Source of the DNA: the human T2T-CHM13v2.0 reference genome, Homo sapiens
Assembly (NCBI RefSeq): GCF_009914755.1
Contig: NC_060931.1
DNA length: 64,000 nucleotides
Strand: one strand, 5' to 3'
Shown: one piece after another, positions 1 through 12,564 of the stretch
Layout: each line of letters begins with the position of its first letter
Position numbering within the stretch: the first letter of the stretch is position 1
Translations under genes and position numbers: made by a program
Notes under the pieces: generated by a model
What the model saw: only the letters and a program-made list of their open reading frames with translations
Databases searched by the model: none
Told to the model about the DNA's origin: nothing

Positions 1-923
1 CCAAGACAATGGGGAAAATGCCTCCAGGGCATGTCAGAGGTCTTCATAGCAACCTCTCCAGACTTGGTCAGCTGCATCCCAGCCATGGCTAAAATGGCTA
101 AATGTACAGCCAATGTACAGCTCAGGTCTTTGCCACAGAGAGTGCAAGTTCCAAGCCTTGGCAGCTCCCATTTGGTGTTGGGCCTGTGGGTACACAGAAG
201 TCAAGAATTTGGGAACCTCCACCTAGATTTCAGAGGATGTATGAAAATGCCTGGATATCCAGGTGGAGGTGTGCTGCAGGAGTGTGGCCCTCATGGAGAA
301 CCTCTGCTAGGGCAGTGTGGAAGGGAAATGTGGGGTGTGAGCCCCCACACAGAGTCCTCACTGGGGCACTGCCTAGTGGAGTGGTGAGAAGAGGGCCACT
401 GTCCTCCAGACCCCAGAATGGTAGATCCACCAATAACTTGTACCATGTGCCTGGAAAAGCCGCAGACAATGCTAGCCCATGAAAGCAGCCAGGAGGGGGG
501 CTACATCCTGAAAAGTCACAGGGGTGTCACTGCCCAAGGCTGTGGGGGCCAACCTCTTGCATCAGTGTGACCTGGATGTGAGACATGGAGACAAAGGAGA
601 TCATTTTGGAGCTTTAAGATTTGACTGCCCCGCTGGGTTTTGGACTTGCATGGGGCCTGTAGCCCCTTTGTTTGGGCCAATTTCTCCCATTTGGAGCAGG
701 TGTATTTATCCAATACCTGTTCCTTCATTGTATCTAGGAAGTAACTAACTTGCTTTTAATTTTACAGGCTCATAGGCAGAAGCTACTTGCCTTGTCTCAG
801 ACAAAACTTTGGACTGTGCTTTTGAGTTAATGCTGAAATAAGTTAAGACTTTGGGGGACTGTTGAGAAGGTATGATTGGTTTTGAAATATGAGGACATGA
901 GATTTGGGAGGGGCTGGGGGGAA
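1..923 (+). mobile_element. THE1/MST (ERVL-MaLR) internal sequence, 3' part
   Basis: Typical THE1-int motifs (gagaagagggccactgtcctccagaccccagaatggtagatccacc; cttgcatcagtgtgacctggatgtgagacatggag); purine tract gggaggggctggggggaa directly before the LTR. Confidence 0.9.
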
Positions 924-1146
924 TGATATGGTTTGGCTGTGTCCCCACCCCAATCTCATCTTGAATTGTAGCTCCCATAATTCCCACATGTGTGGGAGGG
1001 ACCCGATGGGAGGTAATTGAATCATGGGGGTGAGTCTTTCCCGTGCTTTTTTTCATGATAGTGAATAAGTCTCACAAGATCTGATGGTTTTGTAAAGGGA
1101 AGTTCCCCTACACAAGCTCTGTCTTGCCTGTGGCCATGCAAGATGT
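924..1146 (+). mobile_element. THE1-family 3' LTR, 3'-truncated
   Basis: Starts tgatatggtttggctgtgtccccacc after the PPT; similarity stops near 1146 with no terminal ...aca. Confidence 0.88.
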
Positions 1147-1227
1147 CCCAGCTGTGATTATGTTTGCATTTATCTCACCTATGTTGACATTTCTATTTTT
1201 ATCTCTTTAAAAGTATATCCTTCCACT

Positions 1228-1452
1228 ATTTATTTTAGGTTCAGGGGGTTCATGTGAAGGTTTGCTACATGGGTAAATTGCATGTCACTGGGGTTTGGCA
1301 TACAAATTATTTCATCAGTCAGGTAGTGAGCATAGTACCCAATAGGTAGTTTTTCAATCCTTACCCTCCTTCCAACCACCACCTCCATCCTCAGGTAGGC
1401 CGCAGTGTCTATTTTGTGTCCATCTTTGTGTCCATGTGTACTCAGTGTTTAG
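1228..1452 (-). mobile_element. L1 3' UTR fragment (L1PA15/16-L1PB4-like)
   Basis: ttcagggggttcatgtgaaggtttgctacatgggtaaattg...caggtagtgagcatagtacccaataggtagtttttcaa matches the reverse complement of an older primate L1 3' end. Confidence 0.8.
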
Positions 1453-1455
1453 TAC

Positions 1456-4183
1456 TGAGGCATTCACAGTCCCCCCAGGGAAGCAATTTCTGACTTTATG
1501 TCATGGGGGTCCTTGGAAAAGGCAGCTTGTGGAGTTGGGGAAGGTCCAACTGGAGAAGACTTCCAGCTTATCTTTGTAATAATTTTCACTGAGCACGAAT
1601 TTTCTTGTGCAGAATCTGGAGATGTAGGGAGAGTAGGGGGTGAACAGGAGTTACAGATATGAGCACAGAAGTGAGGGCTGAGGCCCGAAAGCCCTTCTTG
1701 CTTTCGCAGTGGGGAGGCTTATAGCCTGGGGCAAGATCTCAGCCCTGTGCACTGGAGGCGTGGATATTAATTTGGTTCTGTTGGCTGTTGGGGGAGCATG
1801 GCAGTAGTGAGACTAGCCTTGCTGACTACATGGGAGCTGGGTGAGGTCTGTCACTACCAGTTATCCTCCACTTCCCTGGCAACCTGTATGAAGCAGCAGA
1901 GGCAGCCATAATCCCCCTTGGAACATAACTCCATTGGCCTGAGAACCACACTCCATACTCCACTGTGGCTACAACAAGCCCTGCCCAAGGAGAGTCTGAG
2001 CTCTGACACACTTAACCCTGCCCCAACCTGATGGCTTTTCTCTACCCACCCCAGTAGCCTAAGGGAAAATACATAAACCCATGGGAGCTCTATGGCCCCA
2101 CCCGTCATCTAAGAAACCAAAATACTTATCCAGGTGGCCTTAAGGCAAGCTTGTACCCCACCTATAATACCATAGCTGATGCTCTCTTGAAAGCACCACC
2201 TGGCTGGAGGCCAACCAACTCAAGCCATTACAGCAACTCATAGTAGAACAATCCTGCTCCAAGGAAGGAGAAAACAACAGCTAATTCCTCTACCTGTAAC
2301 TTTTTGGCTAACCAGAGGTCCTGAGTCTGTTCATGTTACAACTTCAATGCTAGCACAACTAGCATTCAAGAAAACCAGCACACTAACCAAAACTACAACC
2401 AAGGACTCTCACAGAGTCTGCTTCACTCCCCTGTTACTCGCACTGGAGCAGGTGTTGGTATCCATGGCTGAGAGACCTGAAGATGGATCATATATCACAG
2501 GACTCTTGGATCCGAACCAAGAAGAAATCTCTTAATTGCCAGAAAGGGAATTCAGAAGGTCAATTAGTAGGCTACTTAAGGAGGCACCAGGAAAAGGTAA
2601 AAACCAACTTAAAGAACTTTAAAAACTAATACAGGTTATGGATGAAAAAATCTCCAGAGGAACAGATAGCATAAATAAAAAACAATTGCAACTTCTGGAA
2701 ATGAAAGACACACTTAGAGAAGTGCAAAAATACAGTGGAAAGTTTCAACAATAGAATTTAACAAATAGAAGAAAGAACTTCAAAGCTTGCAGACAAGGCT
2801 TTCAAATTATCTTAATCTGACAAAGACAAACAAATAAGAATAATAATAAAAAAGAACAAAGACTCCAGGGAGCTTAGGGTTATGTTAAACGACCAAACTT
2901 AAGAAAAATTGGTATTCCTGAGGAAGAAGAGAAATCTAAAAGTTTGGAAAACTTATTTGAGGGGACAATTGAGGAAAACTTCCCTGGCCTTACTAAAGAT
3001 CTAGACATCCAAATACAAGAAGCTCAAAGAACGCCTGGGAAATTTGTCACAAAAAGATTATCACCTAGGCACATAGTCATCAGGTTATCTAAAGTCAAAA
3101 TGAAGGAGAGAATCTTAAGAGCTATGAAGCAAAAGCATCAGGTAACCTATAAAGGAAAACCTATCAGATTAACAGCAGGTTTCTCAGCAGAAACCTTATA
3201 AGCTAGAAGGAATTGGGGTCCTATCTTTAGCCTTCTTAAAGAAAATAGTTATCAGCCAGCAATTTTGCATCCAGTGAAACTAAACTTCATAAATGAAGAA
3301 AAAATAAAGTCTTTTTCAGATGAACAAATGCTGAGAGAATTCATCACTACCAAGCCAGCACTAGAAGAACTGCTAAAAAGAGTCCTAAATCTTCAAACAA
3401 AACGTGAAAATACACCATCATTAATGATAAGGAAATGCAAATGAAAACGACAATGTGATACAACCTTACTCCTGCAAGAATGACCATAATCAAAAAATCA
3501 AAAAATAATAGATGTTGGTGTGGATGTGGGGAAAAGGAACACTTTTACACCGTTGATGGGAATGTAAACTAGTACAACCACTGTGGACAACAGTGTGGAA
3601 ATTCCTTAAAGAACTAAAAGTATTAATAAATCTACCATTTGATCCAGCAATCCCACTCCTGGGTTATCTATCCAGTGGAAAAGAAGTCATTATACAAAAA
3701 AGATACTTGCACACACATGTTTATGGCAGCACAATTCACAATTGCAAAAATATGGAACCAGCCCAAATGCCCACCAATCAACAAGTGGATAAAGAAAATG
3801 TGCCATATATATATATATGTACACTATGAAATAGTACTCAGCCAAAAAAAAGAGCAAAATAATGGCATTTGCAGCAACCTGGATGGAATTGGAGACCATT
3901 ATTCTAAGTGAACTCAGGATGAGAAAATCAAACATCGTATGTTCTCACTCATAACTGGGAGCTAAGCTATGAGGACGGGCAGGCATAAGAATGATACAAT
4001 GAACTTTTGGGACTCAGGGGAAAGGATGGGAGGGAGATGAGGGATAAAAGACTACACATTGTGTACAGTGTCCACTGCTCAGGAGATGGGTGCACCAAAA
4101 TCTCAGAAATCACCACTAAAGAACTTATTCATGTAACCAAACACCACCTGTTCCCCAAAAATCTATTGAAATTTTAAAAAAAG
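1456..4183 (+). mobile_element. L1PB element: partial 5'UTR + degraded ORF1 fused to ORF2 C-terminus + 3'UTR (most of ORF2 missing)
   Basis: ORF 2944-3201 (ENFPGLTKDLDIQIQEAQRTP...HIVIRLSKVKMKERILRA) is ORF1p; from 3421 ORF2 C-terminal motifs ([17 protein letters not shown]); L1PB-type 3'UTR (aaatctcagaaatcaccactaaagaactt) and A-rich end at 4167-4183. Confidence 0.88.
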
Positions 4184-4588
4184 AAAATGCAGTACATATA
4201 TTCTATGGAATGCTACTCAGCCATAAAAAGGAACAAAATAATGGCATTCACAGCAATCTGGATGGAGTTGGAGGCCATTATTCTAAGTGAAGTATCTCAG
4301 GAATGGAAAACCAAACATTGTATGTTCTCACTTGGGAGCTAAGCTATGAGAACATAAAGAATGATACAACGAATTTTGGGGACCCGGAGGAAAAGGTGGG
4401 AAGGTGGTAAGGGATAAAAGCCTACACATTGGGTGCAGTGTGCACTGCTCGGGTCACGGGTGCACCAAAATCTCAGAAATCACCACTAAAGAACTTACAC
4501 ATTTAACCAAATACTACCTATTTCCCAAAAACCTATTGAAATAAAAGAAAAACAAACAAACAAACAAACAAATAAATAAATAAATAAT
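4181..4588 (+). mobile_element. Second, tandem L1PB 3' end with (CAAA)n/(TAAA)n tail
   Basis: Diverged repeat of 3792-4180, ending aaacctattgaaataaaag plus an A-rich microsatellite tail. Confidence 0.88.
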
Positions 4589-4589
4589 A

Positions 4590-5650
4590 GATTTGTATGT
4601 GGTGTGAGATAGGGACTGAAGTTCATCTTCTCCATGTGGACATCTAATTGCCTCAGAACGTTTCATTGGAAACACTTTCTTTCCCTTATTGAGTTTCTTT
4701 GGCACATTGTCAAATAAGTGTGGCCACAAAGTATAGGTATATTTCCATACTCTATTCTGTTTATGTAGTATAAATACTCCAATATTTTTTCTTTTTCAAA
4801 ATTATTTTGACTCTACTAGATCCTTTGCATTTCCATACATATTTTATGTATTTTATGAATTTCCATTCGAAAAGCCTACTGATATTTTGATTGGTATGTT
4901 TTTCAATCTATTTATCAATTTTGGGCAATGAGTATATTCAGTTTACCATTTCACACAGTATATGTGCATAGTTATTTAAATGTTCATGTCTGATAAATCA
5001 AATATCATTTATCAAAATCAAATTTCCTACTGATTTATTTCTATTGTATGTTTTTCTGCTGTGCTTTGATTAATTATTATCTTCTTGTATGCCTGATTAT
5101 TTTTGTTTGTGTATAGACATTGTGTTGTAGAAAATAGAATGGAGTTTTAAGGTGTTATATGATGTTCCATTAAGAATAATAGGATTTACTTTTGCTTCAG
5201 GTAGACAACTAAACTAGAGTCACATTATATTAATCTATTAGAAACTTAGAAGACTCAAATTTGGTTTCAGTCCTTGTGAGGACTCTTCTTTCCATTTTAC
5301 CATTACTTCTAAGATGTAGCCTTTAGGATAGTAAGTGAAAAGCTGGCATTTTTACCAGGGTCTTTCTTTCCTGGTCTCTAAACTGCAACTTTTGTCTTTC
5401 TACCTCATTGTATTTGCCAAAGACCTGCTCAGCCTCTTGGCCATTCACATACAGCTTTTCATTCTGAAATTGGCAATCACTTGATTTCCCTTTTCTTTCA
5501 AATCTTGATCTTGAAACTATCATTACCTTGACAGATTTCTGATACTTTCAAGCAGATTTTTTAAAGTATTTTGTCCGTTTTTCGACTTGTATTCTGCCTG
5601 ATTGTTGATCTGAAACAACCTACACTGCTATCACTTTCAGTGGAATTCCT
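4590..5650 (-). mobile_element. Old L1M fragments
   Basis: Antisense ORF2-like stretches (tttgtatgtggtgtgagataggg...ttggcacattgtcaaa; ctttgcatttccatacatatttta), strongly T-rich. Confidence 0.6.
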
Positions 5651-8600
5651 CTTTGGGGGTATTTAGTAGGCATTTTGGAGAAGCTTTGTCATGGGCTACC
5701 ATGAGGGTCAATTTTAAACTTGAAGTTTAGGACATGATTTTTGAAGGAGAAACCTTAGAACTTTTTATTCTAACCTGTTAATTTCATAAATGTTAATTAG
5801 AGTAAGAATGGAAAATATTCCAAACTATTACATATATTAAGAAAATGCCGTTAGATTCTTCCTAGCAATCTTTAAACCTAAGGAATATATTTATTTCTAT
5901 TCTCAGGGATGCTTTTGTATTTTCTTACTGTAATAGTAAGTTGCAGTGTTGACAGGATGAGTAGATGGTATCTCTCAGAGACTCTTAATCTTCTTTCAGA
6001 TCAATTTCATTAACTTTCCTCAGGTAAAGCAGGACAAAAACCAGATATTTTTAGCAATGACTGGCTAATAGGTTCATTTATTAAAAATTTTACCAAATAT
6101 CTAGTGAATGCTCTTGTTATTCCAAACCTGTTGTTGCTACTGCATAAGATTTGTTTTTCCTTAAAAGTTTCTAACCTAAAATGCCTCTCCATTTTTTGTT
6201 CTGTATTGCTTTAGGTGGGACCCTTTTTTTTTTCTTACTTACAGACTCATGAAACCTAATCTCTGACACTCACCACTTGGCTTTTGGCCTAATCAAGGTC
6301 CTTTTACTTCAAACTAGTTATTTCATCCTTGTAATTAGTAGAAATTTACCGCATATTCTGGCAATGGGCTGTTTGTAAGTTCTAATGTTCTCTGTTGTTA
6401 TGAATGTTTATGTTTTTCTGGGCCTTTAATAGGTAATTTAGTAGAAACAGGAAGAAGCTGTTTTTTAAAAATATATATCTTTAATCAATATTGATGATAT
6501 AAAAATGAAAGAAGATGATTAGATTAAAATAAATAACCAACTGTGGCCCAAATTATAGCATATTTTAGTCTGAAAATGCCAGGCTTTTCCAATGAACATT
6601 TTCAGGCAATAAGTGACTTGCCCCAAGTCATAAATTAAATAGACAATTATCTCCATTTGTTTAGGAAAAAATGGTCACTGCCGGAGAGCAAATAGCTTGC
6701 TATTTTCTAGGTTGCGGTGAAGTGGACTACACTGCCCTCTTTAAAATAATATGCTGCAGAGATCCACCTCTGGGGTTGAACAACAAATCCATCTTTAAAG
6801 GTCGAATGCCACACTCAGGATATGTTCTATGATCTTCCTAAGGCAATGCTGCCTTAGAAACTAAGTAAAGTTCTGTTGCCTTTAAAGTATAAATAGAGGC
6901 TCAAGATTCTGTAAACAGAAGATGAATAAACCAGCTAGGGAAAAAAAGAAAGCTTGCCAAATAACAACACTAGGCCAACTCCGAGAGAGCAAAGCCCTTG
7001 CTGGTATTTATCCACACCCGTTCTGTGTGTCACTTCCTTTGTCATCAACAACAGGATGACTTTTCTAAATCCCATTGTAATGAGTAGTTGAAAAACGCAG
7101 GCATTTCTTAGTAAATAAATATTTCATATTTAAGGGGTTTCTCAGTGGGGCACTTCCAATCTGTAACAAATGACTTACGGCAAATTCTAATGATGTTTCT
7201 TGCCATGGCAAGAATCATTTAGAGAGAGGGCCAATATATATGTCCAGGGTTACAATGCCATGGGGTATAAAGTCTGGAAGCTGAACTGTGGCCACTGGAT
7301 CTAAAGCAGGTACCTCACTAACCACGCTTGGAACATTTTCTTGGGGATGGGTTCAAAAACTTCCTAATGATCAGAACCACAAATTAGAATAGGACTAAGC
7401 ATAGGTGGCTTTCTCTAAGATTTAATATGTCTCCTAAATGTCCAGAATGATGCCTAAAATTAACTTATTGATCAATATTTTGATTAAGACACTGAGGGAA
7501 CCTCTCAAAATGCAAATATTTTCTGGGAGAAGATATTAAATAATGCTGAGCATTAATAATCTAATGAAATGACTTTTCAGAGATCAGATAATGATTCATT
7601 TAGCAGAGCCCTGAGGAAATGAGAAATAAACATGTAGTTTAGGTAAGAGAGAAGGGTTGCACAAATTCTGGAGTGCTAATGCTATAAGCAAGGATTTCTA
7701 CTTGATATAGAATTAATTTACTTACTGATGTGTCTTTGGTAAATTGTTCCAGCCTTTTCTGTTACTTTTTATGTTTGTACACTTTTATCTAACCAACACA
7801 GCATGGGATAGGCCAATAGTTAGAATACCATGGAGTGAAAAAGCAGGAATAGAGAGCCCAGCAGGAATTACAAAGGTCCTGGGATTATTTCCTAGAGTCC
7901 AAGCCTTATAAATTGTAATGCAAAAGAAATTGATGGTCAAAAACTGTACTCTTGGAATGTTGAATGTAGCAGCCCTGTTCAGAAGTGCATGCTTGTACCC
8001 AAATATGACTCTACACATATGTGGTCTAAAATCTGTCTCCAAAAACCAGTCTACTGGAGAAACTGAGGTGACTTGGCATGTACCCACAGGTTTGTGGCAC
8101 ACTAACTGGATGAGTGGTTACAGATGAGGATCACAGAGGGAAGAATCTGGGAATCATGGAGAAAGCTGTAAAGCCCTGAGAGATAAGGTAGGTGTAGGAC
8201 TTGGGCAGAAAAGGGGTACCAAATGACAACAAAGGTCAACTTTGCAACTTCATGGTTTTGTGATGGCTGGGTAACAACCCAAATGTACACACTACCAATT
8301 GCCGACTGAATACTCAGTCAACAGCTGCGAGGCAAAACTGATGTTTATGGAATTCTACTTCAAACTATATTTAATATGTTAGAGGTTTGTCATTCAAAGA
8401 TAATCATTTAAAAATATCCTAAATGGAAAACTACTTAATCTCAGTTTAAAAAATGGACTTTCTCCTAAAATAATAGAAATTCTAGCTATTCAACCGAACA
8501 GGCATACTCAAAGGCTCATGCAATAACTTTCTTCAAGGTTTCTACCCTGAGATTCTGTGTTAACTTCTCAGATATTTTCCAGGTCTAAAATTCTATGTGT

Positions 8601-9164
8601 ATCAGAGGTAAATTTTTAAATCATCAGAATCAAAATCATACTGCTGGGTTAGAAAGAACCTTCACTATCAGGTGAGGAGTCCACCTCCATCTGATGATTT
8701 GATCTGATCCGCACTTGGATTACTTAGTGATGGGGGGACACACCTCATTCCATGCCTTCAGAGGGTAAGCTTCACTCTCAGGAAGCTCTGCTTTATTTAT
8801 ACTTTCCATTCATTGGTCTTAGGTCTATGCCTTTGTTTTATAGACAATTTCATGTCTTCATAAAGACAAATGTTAAAAATTTTTGAGTTGCTCTTTGGAT
8901 AAAAAGACATTGGTATAGTTTTGAGTCTTTTTTATCCATCAGATTTTCTTTCTGGTAAATTATACTTTTCATATATTGAACATAACTGAACAGTTTTTTC
9001 AAACATCCTAAGGCTTGGTATGTAGCGGTACAACTACAAAACTGAAATGCCTTTTAAAATATAGTCATTTTAAAGGTAATAATTATCTTCAAGAGTGTGA
9101 ATTCATGAGCAAAAATAGTCGTAGTTGTTATAGGCAAATATTTAATAAATTTAAAACAGAAGAG

Positions 9165-10650
9165 CTTATTTATTCAGTAAATAGATATTCTTTCTGCCAA
9201 GCCCTGTGCTTTGTCTTAGAGATACAGTGGGGGAAAAGGAATAGCTACATCCTCAAGGAGCTATTTTTGGAGAAAAAGATAGGATAACAGGAACAAGATA
9301 ATAGAGTACATCATGTTAAATGCTACGAAAGAAAAAGTGCAGTTCTACAGGGAAAGAGGAAAGCCATCTAAACAAGTCATAGAGGTAAGGAAGAGAGGTA
9401 AGGGAAGGGTGTGTAGGACTTAGCCTGATGAAGGTGGTCATTGTGTTGTTGCGTTGGGCAGAACTTAATGGTGTGGAAGAGGTCTTCCAAAAAGAGAGGT
9501 TACTGGGATAGTTTGCAAATGAGAGAAATGGCATGTTCAGAAAACTGCAATTGTTCTTTGGGAAGCCGAGGTGGGTGGGTCACGAGGTCAGGACCAGCCT
9601 GGACAAGATGGTGAAACCCCTCTCTACTAAAAATACAAAAATTAGTAAGGTGTGGTGGCAGGTGCCTGTAATCACAGCTACTCGGGAGGCTAAGGCAGGA
9701 GAATTGCTTGAACCCGGGTGGCAGAGGTTTGCAGTGAGCCAAGATCACGCCACTGAACTCCAGCCTGGGCAACAGACTGAGACTCCTTCTGAAAAAAAAA
9801 AGAAAAGAAAACTGCAATTGTTTACACATAACCTGAGCTGGGAGTTGGGCAAAGGAGGGAAGAGAAGGGAGAGGAGGATGAGGAGAAGAAAAAGGAAAGA
9901 GAAGAGATGAGAGTTAGGAGTGGAAGTGAAGAAAAGTTGAGGACTGGGATGAAGAGTTAAGTAAGGTCATGTTCTGATAGTTTCATAAACTATGTTAAGG
10001 ACTTTAGACTTTGTCTTAAGGGCAGTGAGGGGGCACTGAAAGGTATTAAAAGGACGTACCTTTTAGAAATATTGCATTGGTTGAAGTGTGGAGAAGGGCT
10101 GAAAAGGATCCAGACAGGATACAGGCACATGGATCAGAAAACTGTAGGAACAATCTAGGCACAGAATGATGATGGCTTGAACCAAAGGTTGCAAGCCATG
10201 AGATGGAGAGATGTGGGAAAATTCCAAGTGTGATATGAAGAAGATGAATGGTGTTTTTCTTCCCCAGGTGGTGGGACTCTCAACGCTGACATCCAGATTT
10301 CTGCTTAGGTAGCTGGATACACCAAGGTACCGTTGATCTGGACAGGGGAGCAGTGGTGCACGGGAAGGAACATGAGGTTGTTTTGCTTGTAGTTTTCAAG
10401 TTTGATACATTTTGAGGAAATCTGAGTGAAAATATACAGTAGTAGTTTAACTACTGGAGTCCAAAGCTCAGGAGAGAGTTTTGGGGTGGAGACATTTCTG
10501 AATCATCAACTTTTGAGTAGAAAGCAAAGCCTCAAGTGTGGATCTCATTGCCCAGGAAGAGTATGAAGAGTGAGGTGACCAGAGACCCACGGAGGGATCC
10601 CTAGGAGGTAGTCAGAGAAAGAGGAATCTTCAGAAGACTCTAAGAAACAC
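9165..10650 (-). mobile_element. L2 element (3' region), interrupted by an Alu
   Basis: ttattcagtaaatagatattc...gccctgtgct L2 3' terminus; purine-rich body (aaggactttagactttgtcttaagggcagtgagggggcactgaa). Confidence 0.7.
9556..9805 (+). mobile_element. AluS (Sg/Sc-like), 5'-truncated, 17-bp TSD
   Basis: Starts at ctttggga (lacks the first ~35 nt); A tail; TSD agaaaactgcaattgtt at 9539-9555 and 9806-9822. Confidence 0.93.
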
Positions 10651-10699
10651 AGTTAGTGAACTAAAGAATAATATGCACCCAAATGAAAGGGCACAACAC

Positions 10700-10985
10700 T
10701 CCAGCTTCATCTCCACCAGCAGCATATGGGTGGCTCCAGCTCCCACTGCAGGGCCTCCTGGGATTCCAGGTCCCAAAGCATGTTCTTGTCAGCTGGCCTT
10801 GGCTACCTGGGATGTGAGCAGCTTCTTGCTATTGATAATCTCTGATTGCATCATCTTCCTTTGTTTGGTCTTTCAGCTTTTCTATCGCCTGTGTAACCAA
10901 TTCCAAGCATTCAATCCTCTCTATGTGAAAGAGTAAAAGTAGTATCTTCTTTCCTGGATGGACCATGACTGGACCATGACTGGCA
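10700..10985 (+). mobile_element. LTR33-like ERVL LTR fragment
   Basis: tgtaaccaattcc...ttctttcctggatggaccatgactgg resembles the LTR33 3' end. Confidence 0.55.
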
Positions 10986-11049
10986 AAGAGATCCACACTC
11001 GCAGTACCTCTCCCACTCCCTCCCCTCCTCCAAACTCTGAAGATAGTTA

Positions 11050-11088
11050 TTTGTTTTGTTTTGTTTTGTTTTGTTTTGTTTTGTTTTG
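11050..11088 (+). repeat. (TTTTG)n microsatellite
   Basis: Direct reading. Confidence 0.95.
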
Positions 11089-12083
11089 TGGTCTCCGCTT
11101 AACACTAACTGGGAGCAAGAAGTGCTAGAAATCTAACTGGAAGGTCTGGTTCCTGCAAAAAGTTAAAATCCAGAGTTTCAGAAGCAGCCTGAAAGTTTTA
11201 ATTATAATGAAAACAGCCACTAGATTTTAGCCCTTGTGAGTTCAGCGTTTCCTGTACATTGCTCAATTCCTGCAATACAATCGCCATCTACTCCTCGTAT
11301 CAGAGGCAACACATATCTCATTCCTTTCTCGGCTCTTCAGTTCTGTAGGATCCAACGTGCCTGTTGGAAGTACACTGAGGAATAATGACTTTATGTTCAT
11401 GACATTACCTTCTATGTGCATTTGAAAATTCTTGCCAAGCGTTCGGGACTATGTGGTGTTCTGATGTTCACTGGGGCACCAGAGGAGGCTAACTTTTTCT
11501 TCTATTACAATCAAAGCCTAAAAGGAAGAAGAAGCATTCTCCAAATAAGGGGTTCAGTTCTTAAATACAGGATCATTCTGGGGCCCACAGTAAGTGCAGA
11601 GTGGGTTTGTTTTTTTTCCCTATTATTTTTGGTTCGTTGTTTTTCCGGTGGGACAGCTATACAAGGTAGAAAGCCATAATTCCACCCCAGTATAATTGGC
11701 AGAGCCATTCTGTGAGGCCCCGGGGTTACAGCACCCACACCCTGGCAACGAAGCTGCGGGCCTTCCTGTTTGCCAGCATCAGTGGTCATATTATGGCTTG
11801 TGTGCCGGCAGCACCCTTTTCTAATTCTCTTTTAGGAGGAAATAATAAAAGGATCGGAGGATACTTATTCAGCGGCTTGCAGAAAAGACCTCAAAAACCT
11901 ATTTATTATGCTGCGGTCTGCAGGGAATTTGCTTCTGGCGTTTGATTTCAACTAAGATAAACTAACTAATGAAGGAAAATAAGTTTCAGAATCAAAGCTC
12001 CTCCTTCTCATTACTACCAGTCTGAGAAATGTTTATAAACTCTCTGTCGTGCATCTGACCTTTAAATAGGGTCCCTGTGGAGT

Positions 12084-12084
<1 letters not shown>

Positions 12085-12119
<35 letters not shown>
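12085..12119 (+). repeat. (CT)n microsatellite followed by a pyrimidine-rich tract
   Basis: Direct reading. Confidence 0.95.
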
Positions 12120-12123
<4 letters not shown>

Positions 12124-12564
12124 TCTGTCACTCACTCACTCCTTCTTGCCTTCTCGCTTACCCCCTTTACTCTAAATATCTCCCTTCTTCCATTCCCATT
12201 ATATTCAATGAGCTCTTTTGTTTTTCTTTATTCCTTTTCTCTTCTCTTTGGCTCTAATCTCTTCTTCTCCTTGTTCCCTTTCTATTCTAAGATCAAAAAA
12301 TTAACATTCCTCTTAGGGACAAATAGTGCCTTAAGGTGACTTCTATCAGAAGCTCTTTATATCAATTTTCCCCTCTTCTCTTTGTGATGGTCTTTTAGTT
12401 TCTCTCCACGATTAGCTTTGACCTCTTCACTGTGTTTCTTCCTTCAGCATCTCCCTGGTACCATGACAGTGACTCATATTAGAAAAGAGTATGATGATTT
12501 TTCTTGAAACTTTCCCTTTATATTCCATACTGGAGTTTGTGGTTTGAGGCACTGGATAGATTGA

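Noticed and set aside
31-1056. Overlapping ORFs of 60-126 aa
   Set aside because: All lie in degenerate THE1 internal/LTR sequence.
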